Assembly: GCA_030695905.1 (NCBI GenBank)
Contig: JAUYOL010000043.1
Span: forward strand, 64,998-128,997
Origin: Candidatus Omnitrophota bacterium
GTDB taxonomy: Bacteria > Omnitrophota > Gorgyraeia > 2-01-FULL-45-10
Length of the DNA: 64,000 nucleotides
Direction: 5' to 3'
Every line of letters starts with the position of its first letter. Within the stretch, counting starts at the first letter, position 1. A program made the position numbers and the translations under genes. The notes beneath the pieces were generated by a model. That model worked only from the letters and a program-made list of their open reading frames with translations, ran no database searches and was not told where the DNA came from. Below are positions 17,138 through 26,043 of the stretch, in pieces.

Positions 17138-17670
17138 TACCTATTTCCCTTAATTTCGTTTTTGTAGCGTTCCCTTATAGAATTGAATATTGATATATAC
17201 TCGTCTGTCCTGTAATCAGGATATGTCCATGGCCAGGCATTGAATTTTTCACCCATGAAATGCAGCGTTACTTCGGCATATATATTATTACCGACATGCA
17301 TCCTGTGCGAATAATCTTTTGTGGAGAAGAGCACGAGCTTGGCCAGGTCCAGGTATCCCGGATCTATATTTATTGCGCGTTTATTATTAAGAGAAAATTT
17401 ATCTTCTATCTTATTCGAGACCAATTTCATCTTTTCAATATTTTTTAAAGAGACCAGTTTTTTAAAACTTAAGAATTTACGCTTTAAATTAATGCCCATC
17501 TCTTTGTTGTAATAATCCGTGTAAGAAAAATCGATAATAGTGCTTTCAAAGTCGATTTTGTTTTTAAATCTTTTTTCCAGTAAAAGCTTTGCTTTGTCAA
17601 AGAGCTCCGTATCGTTGGATATGAGTCCTGTAATTAGCTTAACTTTTCCGGCGGTTCGTATATTACCCAT
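17137..17670 (-). CDS. DUF4416-like protein
   Basis: N-terminus MGNIRTAGKVKLITGLI resembles DUF4416, recalled from memory. Confidence 0.35.
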   Translation of the reverse strand: MGNIRTAGKVKLITGLISNDTELFDKAKLLLEKRFKNKIDFESTIIDFSYTDYYNKEMGINLKRKFLSFKKLVSLKNIEKMKLVSNKIEDKFSLNNKRAINIDPGYLDLAKLVLFSTKDYSHRMHVGNNIYAEVTLHFMGEKFNAWPWTYPDYRTDEYISIFNSIRERYKNEIKGNR

Positions 17671-18127
17671 GCAGGATATCGGCGAGATGGGTGTGCGCGG
17701 GCTCTTTTAACGCGATAAATTTTACACCGCAATGAAATAGTCTTTTGCCGAACGAATCCTGATCCTGCGCGTCTTTAATCCATACGACCTCGGCCTCGAC
17801 TTCCACTACTTTCTTTTTTTCCGGTATATATGCTTTAATATCCATTATTGAGCCTTCAGGCAGTTTTTCATCTATAAGAAGTTTCATTCCACCGCCGGAC
17901 ACATTTATGGTCCTGCCGGGTTTGAGATGAGATTTTTTTTCTACGCTATATTCAACTTCCAGGTCCTTGTCAAAACGCTGATGCTTGCGCCTCTCTTCGC
18001 TGTCCCAGTATTCTTCTATTTTGGCGCGGGGCGTTATTCTTTTATTCGTTATTCTCTCATGTGCCCATAACATAAAGAGCGTTACGGATAGTAATGCCAA
18101 AAAGCATGTCCCTACAATAAAAAACAT
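17663..18127 (-). CDS. PilZ domain protein with N-terminal TM helix
   Basis: Motifs RRKHQR and NVSGGG. Confidence 0.6.
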   Translation of the reverse strand: MFFIVGTCFLALLSVTLFMLWAHERITNKRITPRAKIEEYWDSEERRKHQRFDKDLEVEYSVEKKSHLKPGRTINVSGGGMKLLIDEKLPEGSIMDIKAYIPEKKKVVEVEAEVVWIKDAQDQDSFGKRLFHCGVKFIALKEPAHTHLADILHG

Positions 18128-18487
18128 CTACCGGCCTTTCTTATTTGAAATATAAGTAGCTATGATTTCTTTATCCTTAGCTGATAGATCATCAAAAAAT
18201 ACCGCTATATCATAATGTTTTATGATACCGTCTACTATGACCGAATGCTGCCTCACAACTATGCCGCTTACCTCGATATTCTTCGCGCCGGGTTTGTCCT
18301 TTGAGAAATCGGGCACCATAAGCATCAGTTTTACCCTGGACATCAGAGGCAGCTCTTTGTCTACTTTGCAATATACTCCCGACGTGCTTATATTTAGAGT
18401 ATGGGTTATCGAATCGAACCCGTCCAACTTAAGCGAAAGAGTGTCATCCTCTAATCGCGGAAACCGTCTTCTTTCTTCAGAAACCAT
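18128..18487 (-). CDS. PilZ domain protein
   Basis: Motifs RRRFPR and NISTSG. Confidence 0.65.
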   Translation of the reverse strand: MVSEERRRFPRLEDDTLSLKLDGFDSITHTLNISTSGVYCKVDKELPLMSRVKLMLMVPDFSKDKPGAKNIEVSGIVVRQHSVIVDGIIKHYDIAVFFDDLSAKDKEIIATYISNKKGR

Positions 18488-18515
18488 CGTTTTAGTTCTC
18501 CTAATATTTTACTTA

Positions 18516-19595
18516 TTAATCATCTACTTCTATTAATTTGTAATCCAAATTGCCGAGCCCGAGTTCGTTGGCGTACTTTAGCTGCACCGTCCAGTCTATT
18601 TCAGAGTGCCGGGCTCTAAATATGTCCTGCTTGCCCATATTGTTTAAAAGGTCCGCAGACGCCTTATCTATGCTGACCAGATCGTCTGAGGCAAGTATGC
18701 CTATATCATGTGTTATCCTGGGTTCGTCCTTTGCAAGACAATCGCAGTCTCCGGTTATATTTGTAAGAAAATTTATATAACCCAGCTTTCTGTCAAGGAT
18801 CTCCACCGCACCGTAGGCATATTCTACCATCTTCTCTTGCAGGTTTGCAAGTGTTTCGCTCCATTTTGTGGTCAAAGCGTCCGTTTTACATACCACTACA
18901 CACTCACCACAGCCGATGCACCTGGTTTCATCCAGTCTTGCCTTACCCGCTTCAAGGCTAATACACCCCGCGGGACAATTGGCAACACAGAGTCCGCAGC
19001 CTACACAGTGTTCTATGTTGAAATCGGGAACGATCCCGCAATGTTGTTCGAACTTTCCCCGTCTCGATGCGCAGCCCATGCCCAGGTTTTTTATCGCACC
19101 GGCAAAACCGGTCATTATATGGCCCGTTATATGAGTTAGCGCCAATAGGCTGTCGCAGTCGGCGATATCAGAAGCTATCTTTACTTTGGAAAAGCGTTTC
19201 TTGTTTATCTCTACTTCTACAAAATTTCTGCCCCAAACCCCGTCCGCTATGATTACCGGTACACCCATCTTATCGAATCCGAAACCATGTTTATACGAAA
19301 GCTTAAGGTGATCTACGGCATTTGTCCTCTCGCTCTCCTTATACAGCACATTTGTGTCGGTGAAGAATATATTTTTTGTTCTTGATTGTACATTACTAAC
19401 CAGGCTTTTGAGCCAATCGGATTTTATGTGGCCGGTATTGCCGCTCTCTCCGAAATGTATCTTAATGCCGGTGTAAGAATCCTTTTTTATAAAGTTTAGC
19501 ACTCCGGATCGCTTGACAAGATTTTCTATCTTCTTATTTATTGCCTCGTCTTTTTCGCTGCTATCCAGCCTTGTCAGGTATACATTACTCGGCAT
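18516..19595 (-). CDS. DUF362 domain protein with two 4Fe-4S ferredoxin motifs
   Basis: CVGCGLCVANCP and CIGCGECVVVC. Confidence 0.6.
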   Translation of the reverse strand: MPSNVYLTRLDSSEKDEAINKKIENLVKRSGVLNFIKKDSYTGIKIHFGESGNTGHIKSDWLKSLVSNVQSRTKNIFFTDTNVLYKESERTNAVDHLKLSYKHGFGFDKMGVPVIIADGVWGRNFVEVEINKKRFSKVKIASDIADCDSLLALTHITGHIMTGFAGAIKNLGMGCASRRGKFEQHCGIVPDFNIEHCVGCGLCVANCPAGCISLEAGKARLDETRCIGCGECVVVCKTDALTTKWSETLANLQEKMVEYAYGAVEILDRKLGYINFLTNITGDCDCLAKDEPRITHDIGILASDDLVSIDKASADLLNNMGKQDIFRARHSEIDWTVQLKYANELGLGNLDYKLIEVDD

Positions 19596-19702
19596 ATTAA
19601 GCCTCTTTTGCTTTTATCTTATCATTAAGATTACCAGAGCCGCGAAAAGTGCAATTTACGCCGGCAAGACAAGCGCTTACCAGCGTATTTTTATGCAGGA
19701 TA

Positions 19703-20050
19703 TTATTTTGAGGGAGCTTGCTCTTTGGCATCAGAAGGATTTTCGGGCGTTTGGGCCTGCTCTTCTTTCTTTGCCGTCGTCTTCCAGCATCTCTTGGTGC
19801 AGAAAAATTTGCCATTTCTGTAGTAATAGCGTTTTTTCTTTATCGATTTGTTGCACACTGCGCAATTGACAGGCTTCTCTTTCTTCTTCTCTTCAACTTT
19901 TTTCTCTTCCGCGGGTTTTCCGGCAGCTTCAGCCTTTGGCGCCTCGGCCTTGGGGGCTTCCTGCGCAGGAGCTTCGGCCTTAGGAGCCTCTTGTTTAGGA
20001 GTCTCGGCCTTCGGAGTTTCTTTTGTCTGGTCTTTCTTTTCTTCAGCCAT
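19703..20050 (-). CDS. small basic Ala/Lys/Pro/Glu-rich protein with C-terminal zinc-ribbon
   Basis: PKAEAPKAEA repeats, then CAVCNKS...FFCTKRC. Confidence 0.45.
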   Translation of the reverse strand: MAEEKKDQTKETPKAETPKQEAPKAEAPAQEAPKAEAPKAEAAGKPAEEKKVEEKKKEKPVNCAVCNKSIKKKRYYYRNGKFFCTKRCWKTTAKKEEQAQTPENPSDAKEQAPSK

Positions 20051-20059
20051 AAAAAGGGA

Positions 20060-20416
20060 TCATTTCCTTTCTGATAGTTTCAACCACAGTGAATAGATAT
20101 AATCTAACAATCTACTTTTATCAAACCCATCTATAACGGCAAACCTGATGCCGGTTTCATACGCGCTTTTTTTTGGTTCGAGTATCGATTTTCTCTGCCA
20201 CGCTACAGTACCTGAAACGAATATCGGCACATTGTCTCCAGGCACGTCTAAAGATACATTTATCTCGGAGCCGTTATCAAGCGGTGTATCTAAAACTATG
20301 AGGGCGCCGGACTTAGAGATATTCTTTACTTCGTAAGTCCTCTTTATGCCGCGGCCTATTTCGCAGATCGCCTTCAGTGCGGCATTGAATCTTATGAAAT
20401 CTCTTCTCTCTATCAT
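20060..20416 (-). CDS. PilZ domain protein
   Basis: Motifs RRDFIR and NISKSG. Confidence 0.65.
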   Translation of the reverse strand: MIERRDFIRFNAALKAICEIGRGIKRTYEVKNISKSGALIVLDTPLDNGSEINVSLDVPGDNVPIFVSGTVAWQRKSILEPKKSAYETGIRFAVIDGFDKSRLLDYIYSLWLKLSERK

Positions 20417-20448
20417 ATTTTAGGTACAGTTTTTTTAATGACAAAAAT

Positions 20449-20479
20449 AAGGGGATAAAAATATTATTTCTATCCCCTT
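20449..20479 (-). terminator. rho-independent terminator after 20501..20833
   Basis: AAGGGGATA-(13 nt)-TATCCCCTT, a 9-bp stem followed by ATTTTTGTCATT on the minus strand. Confidence 0.55.
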
Positions 20480-20500
20480 ATTTATGAAAAGCAAATAATC

Positions 20501-20833
20501 TTATTTGCCCTTAAATACAAACTCCGGTTCCAATACTGGATTATATCCTTCCGGTATCGGGAATGGGAATGTCACCGTCTCGTAAACGCCGGCGCCAGTC
20601 CTAACGATCGTCATTCCGACTCCTTTTGCCAATCCAATTGTTAAACCAGAGAGAGGATTATCTTCTACGCTTGTGTCGTAAATGTTCTTAGGTAGTTCTA
20701 CCCAGCCAGTTACGATGTTCGCGACTCCTCTGTATAGTTTCTTTCCCATATCCTGTGCATAGCTAGCAGAAGCCATATTCAGGACCATCAACACAGCAAC
20801 GCATATAATTATACCCTTTAGTAAGCTTTTCAT
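20501..20833 (-). CDS. small secreted protein (paralog of 14434..14799)
   Basis: Signal peptide and the shared blocks described for the paralog. Confidence 0.45.
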   Translation of the reverse strand: MKSLLKGIIICVAVLMVLNMASASYAQDMGKKLYRGVANIVTGWVELPKNIYDTSVEDNPLSGLTIGLAKGVGMTIVRTGAGVYETVTFPFPIPEGYNPVLEPEFVFKGK

Positions 20834-20920
20834 CTTATTCTTTCACCTCCTTTACACTAAATTTGCTTTAAGTATAACATAGATAGCATATTTTGTCAAG
20901 GTTGCGCAGTTAAAATGAAG

Positions 20921-21346
20921 CTATTTTCTCGACCTGGATTGGGATTTTATTATCTCTTCCACAGCTTCGGATATCCTATCCCTGTCCTCCGGCCTTATAT
21001 CGATAAATTCTACTCCGGTATCGTAAATATAGCTGCCCTTCTGTTTGGGTTCGGATTTTTTGACTACCCATACGACTGTGCCGCCGCATTTTATAGGCGG
21101 ACGGTCGTCTTCAAGGAATAATTCGAGGTCAACACCCTGGAAAAGGCCCAAATCTTCCTTTATAATCACACATATCCCGCCAGCGCCTATATTCTCTGTG
21201 TTTGTGGATATAGTCTTTGCGGTGAGACGTTTTTTGATCGTAATAAGACACTTGTAGCTTGCTCTCGGGAATTTTCTTCTGTTAATACCGTTCCACATAA
21301 AATAAATCTCCTTATTGTGCTTTTCAACACGCATTACAGTATACAT
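20921..21346 (-). CDS. PilZ domain protein
   Basis: Motifs RRKFPR and NIGAGG. Confidence 0.65.
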   Translation of the reverse strand: MYTVMRVEKHNKEIYFMWNGINRRKFPRASYKCLITIKKRLTAKTISTNTENIGAGGICVIIKEDLGLFQGVDLELFLEDDRPPIKCGGTVVWVVKKSEPKQKGSYIYDTGVEFIDIRPEDRDRISEAVEEIIKSQSRSRK

Positions 21347-21420
21347 AACGCGTTTTTAAAATGCAAGTAATTTTATTTGCTTTACGCCGGTTTTGGATAT
21401 ATAATTGTTTTAAATAAACC

Positions 21421-22239
21421 ATGTATAGAGAATTCTTCGGCCTTAAAGAGAAGCCTTTCAACGTTACCAGCGACCCGAACTTTCTTTTTTTAAGTCGTGT
21501 CCATAAAGAAGCGTTTTCGCATCTTTTATACGGCATTAAAGAAAGAAAAGGCTTTTTGGAGATAACCGGAGAAATAGGCGCCGGCAAGACCACCCTTTGC
21601 AGGGCGCTTTTGAATCATCTCGACGCTAATACAAAGAGCGCGTTCATCTTTAATTCCACTCTTCCCGATATGCAGTTATTCCAAACGATACTCGAAGACT
21701 TCGGCCTGTCCGTAGAAAGAAAAACCAAAGCGGCCATGTTGAGGCAATTTAATAATTTTTTGCTCGAAGAGCTTTCGAGAAATAAAAATGTCGTTCTGAT
21801 AATAGATGAAGCGCAAAATCTTAAAAACTCCGTTCTTGAAGAGTTGAGGATACTTTCGAATCTTGAGACAGAAAAAGAAAAACTTTTTCAGATGATCCTT
21901 GTCGGCCAGCCTCAATTAAGAGATAAGATCAACTCCCCCGGCCTGGAGCAGTTAAGGCAGAGGATCAGCGTAAGGTTCCATATCACGCCTCTGGAAAGCA
22001 ACGAAGTCGTAGAATACATATGCCACCGTCTTAAGGTTGCGGGTTCAAGGGGTGATATAAATTTTTCCGATGCGGCACTGGAAGGTATTTATAGGTATTC
22101 CAAAGGGATACCGAGGATAATAAACAAAGTGTGTGACAAGGCGCTCCTTTGCGCCTATGTCGTCGAAACAAAACATATAGATCTTTCAATAATTGAAAGG
22201 TGCATACAAGAGATAGAAGGGGTGGTGGCTGTAGCATGA
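21421..22239 (+). CDS. ExeA/GspA/MshM-like AAA ATPase
   Basis: N-terminus FGLKEKPFNVTSDPNFLFLSRVHKEAFSHLLYGI and the Walker A motif GEIGAGKTTL. Confidence 0.7.
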   Translation: MYREFFGLKEKPFNVTSDPNFLFLSRVHKEAFSHLLYGIKERKGFLEITGEIGAGKTTLCRALLNHLDANTKSAFIFNSTLPDMQLFQTILEDFGLSVERKTKAAMLRQFNNFLLEELSRNKNVVLIIDEAQNLKNSVLEELRILSNLETEKEKLFQMILVGQPQLRDKINSPGLEQLRQRISVRFHITPLESNEVVEYICHRLKVAGSRGDINFSDAALEGIYRYSKGIPRIINKVCDKALLCAYVVETKHIDLSIIERCIQEIEGVVAVA

Positions 22240-22787
22240 GCATAATACAGGAAGCTTTAAAAAAAGCCCAGGGTGATTTTTCCGAAAAAAAGATACCTGA
22301 AGTGACCGAATCGGTTAAGTGCGCGGACTCGGTTAAGGAAGCCGCGCTGCCGGCGCCTGAAATTCAAATTCCGCATGACATAAAAAATATAACGTCTAAG
22401 CGCCTGCCTGCTTTGGTGGGGATATTGGCAATACTTCTGCTCGCTTATGGCCTTAGATTATCTTTGCAATATTCTGATAGAAATGCCGATAAATCCAAGC
22501 GTGTGCCCGTAAGCCAGGAGAGCCGTGACGCTTCCGTATCCGCGCCTAAGGTAGTAGAAGACTTCACTCCGCCTAAGACGAACCCTGTAAGTTTCGTAAC
22601 GAAGCGGAATCCCCTATTTAATTTAAGCGGTATAATGTATCTGGAAGATGGGCCTCAAGCTATTATAAATGGCTATGTGCTTGAGGAAGGAGACAAAATA
22701 AACGGCGCCACTGTCCTGGTTATCGAGAAAGATTGCGTCCTGCTCGATGTGAATAATTCTAATGTGAGGCTGGAACTTAACAATTAA
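22236..22787 (+). CDS. GspB-like membrane protein partnered with ExeA
   Basis: ATGA overlap with the exeA stop. One TM segment. C-terminal segment GIMYLEDGPQAIINGYVLEEGDKINGATVL resembles GspB. Confidence 0.45.
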   Translation: MSIIQEALKKAQGDFSEKKIPEVTESVKCADSVKEAALPAPEIQIPHDIKNITSKRLPALVGILAILLLAYGLRLSLQYSDRNADKSKRVPVSQESRDASVSAPKVVEDFTPPKTNPVSFVTKRNPLFNLSGIMYLEDGPQAIINGYVLEEGDKINGATVLVIEKDCVLLDVNNSNVRLELNN

Positions 22788-22789
22788 GC

Positions 22790-23248
22790 CTAAATTTTTA
22801 ATTCAAGATTGTGTATTTTGAATCCCGATATCTCCAGGGCCTCCGTCTCTTTAAACCCTTTCTTAAGACAAAGTCTCATGGCATCGGCCATACGATCTGT
22901 GCACCTGAAATAGACTCTCTTATAACCTTTTTCTTTACAAAAATCTATCGCCTTATCAAGTAATTGGGTCCCATAACCTTTTCTGCGGTGTTTTAAATCT
23001 ACGAATAGTCTGCGCAATAACGCGGTATTTTCGGTATCTTCTTTTACCCCAACAGTTCCCGCTATCCCTCCGTCATCTTCGATAACGATAAAAGATTCTT
23101 TTGGCCCGCCGTACACTTCATGGATCTTGTCAAGGTCACTGTCAGAATACGCGTTCTTGTCAAAAGGATATTCTTTTGTGAGGATAGATAATATCAGGTC
23201 TTTGACCCCGGACGCGTCATTCTTGGTGAAGACTCTCAGCTTATGCAT
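22790..23248 (-). CDS. GNAT family N-acetyltransferase
   Basis: Motif RRLFVDLKHRRKGYGTQLL. Confidence 0.7.
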   Translation of the reverse strand: MHKLRVFTKNDASGVKDLILSILTKEYPFDKNAYSDSDLDKIHEVYGGPKESFIVIEDDGGIAGTVGVKEDTENTALLRRLFVDLKHRRKGYGTQLLDKAIDFCKEKGYKRVYFRCTDRMADAMRLCLKKGFKETEALEISGFKIHNLELKI

Positions 23249-23263
23249 AGGCAGCTCCTCATT

Positions 23264-24355
23264 TTACATGCGTCCTTTAATCGAATTGATTATCAGCGGG
23301 CGCTTTATACCTTCAACTATACGCACCTTCCCTATTCCCGAAGGAAGGACGAACTTATTTTTTCCATGTACAAATTTTTTATCGCGCAAAAGCGAGTCGT
23401 ATATGCGGGATATCTTCAGCCCCGAGATCTTTACGGGCAGCCCGCACTTTTTTATCAGGGACTCTATTCGCAACTTATCTTCATATTTGATAAGATTCAA
23501 TTTTGCCGATATATCCGACGCGCATACCATGCCTATGGCTATGGCCTCGCCATGATTATATCTTTGCGAATAATCCGCCGCGCTCTCAAGGGCATGGCCG
23601 ACAGTATGGCCATAGTTTAATATTATGCGTTTACCAAGCCTGTCAAGCTCGTCCTGGGCCACAACTTTTGCTTTAATCCGGCTGCACGCCGCTACTATGC
23701 GCATGAGGGCGTCTTTATTGAGCATCAACACTTTTCTGTAGTTATACTCCAGATATTCGAATAGCCCTTTGTCTTTTATGACGCCGTATTTTATGCACTC
23801 CGCCAGGCCGTTTTTTATCTGTTTGCCGGAAAGGGATGTCAATATAGATGTATCGGATATAACAACCTTTGGCTGGTAGAATGAACCCACAAGATTTTTT
23901 GCCGCAGGCAGGTCTATCGCCGTCTTGCCGCCTATCGCCGAATCGACCTGCGAAAGCAGTGTGGTGGGTATCTGAACGTACGGTATCCCTCTTTTGTATA
24001 TAGAAGCGGCGAATCCTGTCAGGTCGCCTATGACTCCGCCGCCCAACGCGATGAGAAACAATGTCCTGTTCTTGTCGTAGGCGCCTATTCTATTCAGGAG
24101 GGATATTAATGTTTTGTGGGACTTTGCCTTTTCTGAATCCGGAACAAGTTCCAGCTTAAAGCTTATTCCGGATTTATTTAAGGAACTTTCGATCTTTTTT
24201 CCATAGAGGCACGCTACTTTTTTGTTGGTTACGACTATAGCGTCTTTACCAATGGAAAGATTTTTGAGAATAGCGCCGGTCTGTCTGATAACCCCCGGGC
24301 CTATCAGAATATTGTAAGACCTGTCCTTTAAGGGAACTTTGACGCTATTAGTCAT
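23264..24355 (-). CDS. aroB: 3-dehydroquinate synthase
   Basis: 363 aa with conserved AroB blocks. Confidence 0.8.
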   Translation of the reverse strand: MTNSVKVPLKDRSYNILIGPGVIRQTGAILKNLSIGKDAIVVTNKKVACLYGKKIESSLNKSGISFKLELVPDSEKAKSHKTLISLLNRIGAYDKNRTLFLIALGGGVIGDLTGFAASIYKRGIPYVQIPTTLLSQVDSAIGGKTAIDLPAAKNLVGSFYQPKVVISDTSILTSLSGKQIKNGLAECIKYGVIKDKGLFEYLEYNYRKVLMLNKDALMRIVAACSRIKAKVVAQDELDRLGKRIILNYGHTVGHALESAADYSQRYNHGEAIAIGMVCASDISAKLNLIKYEDKLRIESLIKKCGLPVKISGLKISRIYDSLLRDKKFVHGKNKFVLPSGIGKVRIVEGIKRPLIINSIKGRM

Positions 24356-24362
24356 GAAAGAA

Positions 24363-24677
24363 TTATTTTTTTGTTTCTTTCTTCGCTTCAGCTGCCTTAC
24401 CTGCCGCAGGCGCTTTGCCCGCTGCCGGAGCCTTACCTGCCGCGGCCGGAGCCGCGCCCGCCGCCGGAGCCGCGCCTTCGGCGCCTTCGGCTGCGGCTGC
24501 TGCTTTTTCCTTCTTAATCTTGAATCTCGTTATCTTTACCTTAGGCAGTCCATATACAGAATCTTCATCGGCCCACTTTTCTTTTTCTTTGAGCGCCTTT
24601 ATTCTCTCGTGACGTTTGAGGACAGACCTCTGCGCTTTATCTTTGTCCGACACTCTTAAGCTGGGATGTTGCGACAT
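24363..24677 (-). CDS. small basic protein with AKP-rich tail
   Basis: 104 aa. C-terminal AAPAAGKAPAAGKA repeats, matching tandem repeats in the DNA. Confidence 0.4.
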   Translation of the reverse strand: MSQHPSLRVSDKDKAQRSVLKRHERIKALKEKEKWADEDSVYGLPKVKITRFKIKKEKAAAAAEGAEGAAPAAGAAPAAAGKAPAAGKAPAAGKAAEAKKETKK

Positions 24678-24701
24678 CTTCGTTACCTCCTGGTTTACTT
24701 T

Positions 24702-25268
24702 CTATTTTAACCTTACATATGCATCTCGATGCATCTGTTTTACTTTGTTTAATGTCCTTTGCGCGTTCTCTTTATTCGCGAATGATCCAACACAGACCAG
24801 ATAATACGGCTCGCTGTTATATACAAATGCCTCAAGGCCGCTTATTTTGATCCGGCCTACCTCTTTAACGGCAGTTGCCTCCTTCGAGAACGCCGCAACT
24901 ACTATTGTATAAGGCATTGTATTCTGCGCGGGCTTTACCGCGACTGCCTTAACCGGCGCTTTAACCGCCGTTTTGGCCTGTACCGGCTGCTGTATCGTTA
25001 CGGCTGCCGCAGGACGCTGTGCCGGGACAGCCTGCGCGATAGCGGGACTTATGCGGACAGTTTTGGCCGCAGATGCCTTGCCTCTCTCTACGCCAAGAGC
25101 GAATGATACCACAAGCAGCATTATTACGCCGATTGAGACAAATATAAGCCTTTCGGCACTCAGGCTTACGGCAAAATCCGTTCTTTGAAAAAAACGGCCG
25201 AATCTATTTGGCTGTCTTCTGGGCGCGTCAAACTCAAAAAGCTCTTTTTGTATGTTATCTTTTTCCAT
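24702..25268 (-). CDS. SPOR domain protein (membrane-anchored, peptidoglycan-binding)
   Basis: TM segment plus a C-terminal SPOR fold YTIVVAAFSKE...YYLVCVGSFANKENAQ. Confidence 0.6.
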   Translation of the reverse strand: MEKDNIQKELFEFDAPRRQPNRFGRFFQRTDFAVSLSAERLIFVSIGVIMLLVVSFALGVERGKASAAKTVRISPAIAQAVPAQRPAAAVTIQQPVQAKTAVKAPVKAVAVKPAQNTMPYTIVVAAFSKEATAVKEVGRIKISGLEAFVYNSEPYYLVCVGSFANKENAQRTLNKVKQMHRDAYVRLK

Positions 25269-25339
25269 ACCGTACTATAATTTTTTCCTTAAACGGGCCA
25301 CATTATAACATAGCGCCTGTCAAAAATCAACCCCGCCCA

Positions 25340-26041
25340 TTATTCCTTCATCACCATAGTGCCCACGTTGAGCCTGAACATCTTGCCCGATATCTGAACC
25401 GATGGCGAGCGATAGTCACCTTTTAGCTTTACCGATAAGCTCTTCCACTCCTGCGGCTCATCGTTCATTATTACCGAATGCAGCTCCATAGGCACATCTT
25501 TAAGCGTATCTTTGGAGAATGAGGCGGTTATATTTACATCTACCACTCCCTGGTAGAATATATCCCCGGAAATAAAGAGTTTTATCTCCCTTCCGTTGGC
25601 CTGGAATTTCTTTAGCGTAAAGCCGTTGGAAAATATTTCGACAACGCCGGATATGTCTTTATAGGTCCATCGCCCTTCAAATGGCATTGCCACTATGCCT
25701 TCGAGCGTGTCATACTGCGCTTTCGGTTTATCTTTCGAGCTTTTTATAAAGTGCGCGTCCTTGAATTTAAAATCAAAATCCAGGCTCTTTAGAAAATTGA
25801 GTTTTTGCACAGGCTTTATAGTGGCGCGCGCGCAGAAGAACCCGAGTCCCATCTTGTCGTTTACCATCTTCAGATTTTCAAATATATAGCCATCCCGCGC
25901 ATCTTTGGTCATAGATTTGTACGATATATTGAGTTTGTAAATTTTTGATAACGCGAATATGGCTATCTTATCCAATGACAGGTAGATTACCGTTATGGCA
26001 ACCAGCAGGATAATAAATATTGTAAAGATTTTGGATCTCAT
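25340..26041 (-). CDS. hypothetical membrane-anchored protein
   Basis: 233 aa with an N-terminal TM segment. Confidence 0.35.
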   Translation of the reverse strand: MRSKIFTIFIILLVAITVIYLSLDKIAIFALSKIYKLNISYKSMTKDARDGYIFENLKMVNDKMGLGFFCARATIKPVQKLNFLKSLDFDFKFKDAHFIKSSKDKPKAQYDTLEGIVAMPFEGRWTYKDISGVVEIFSNGFTLKKFQANGREIKLFISGDIFYQGVVDVNITASFSKDTLKDVPMELHSVIMNDEPQEWKSLSVKLKGDYRSPSVQISGKMFRLNVGTMVMKE

Positions 26042-26043
26042 AT

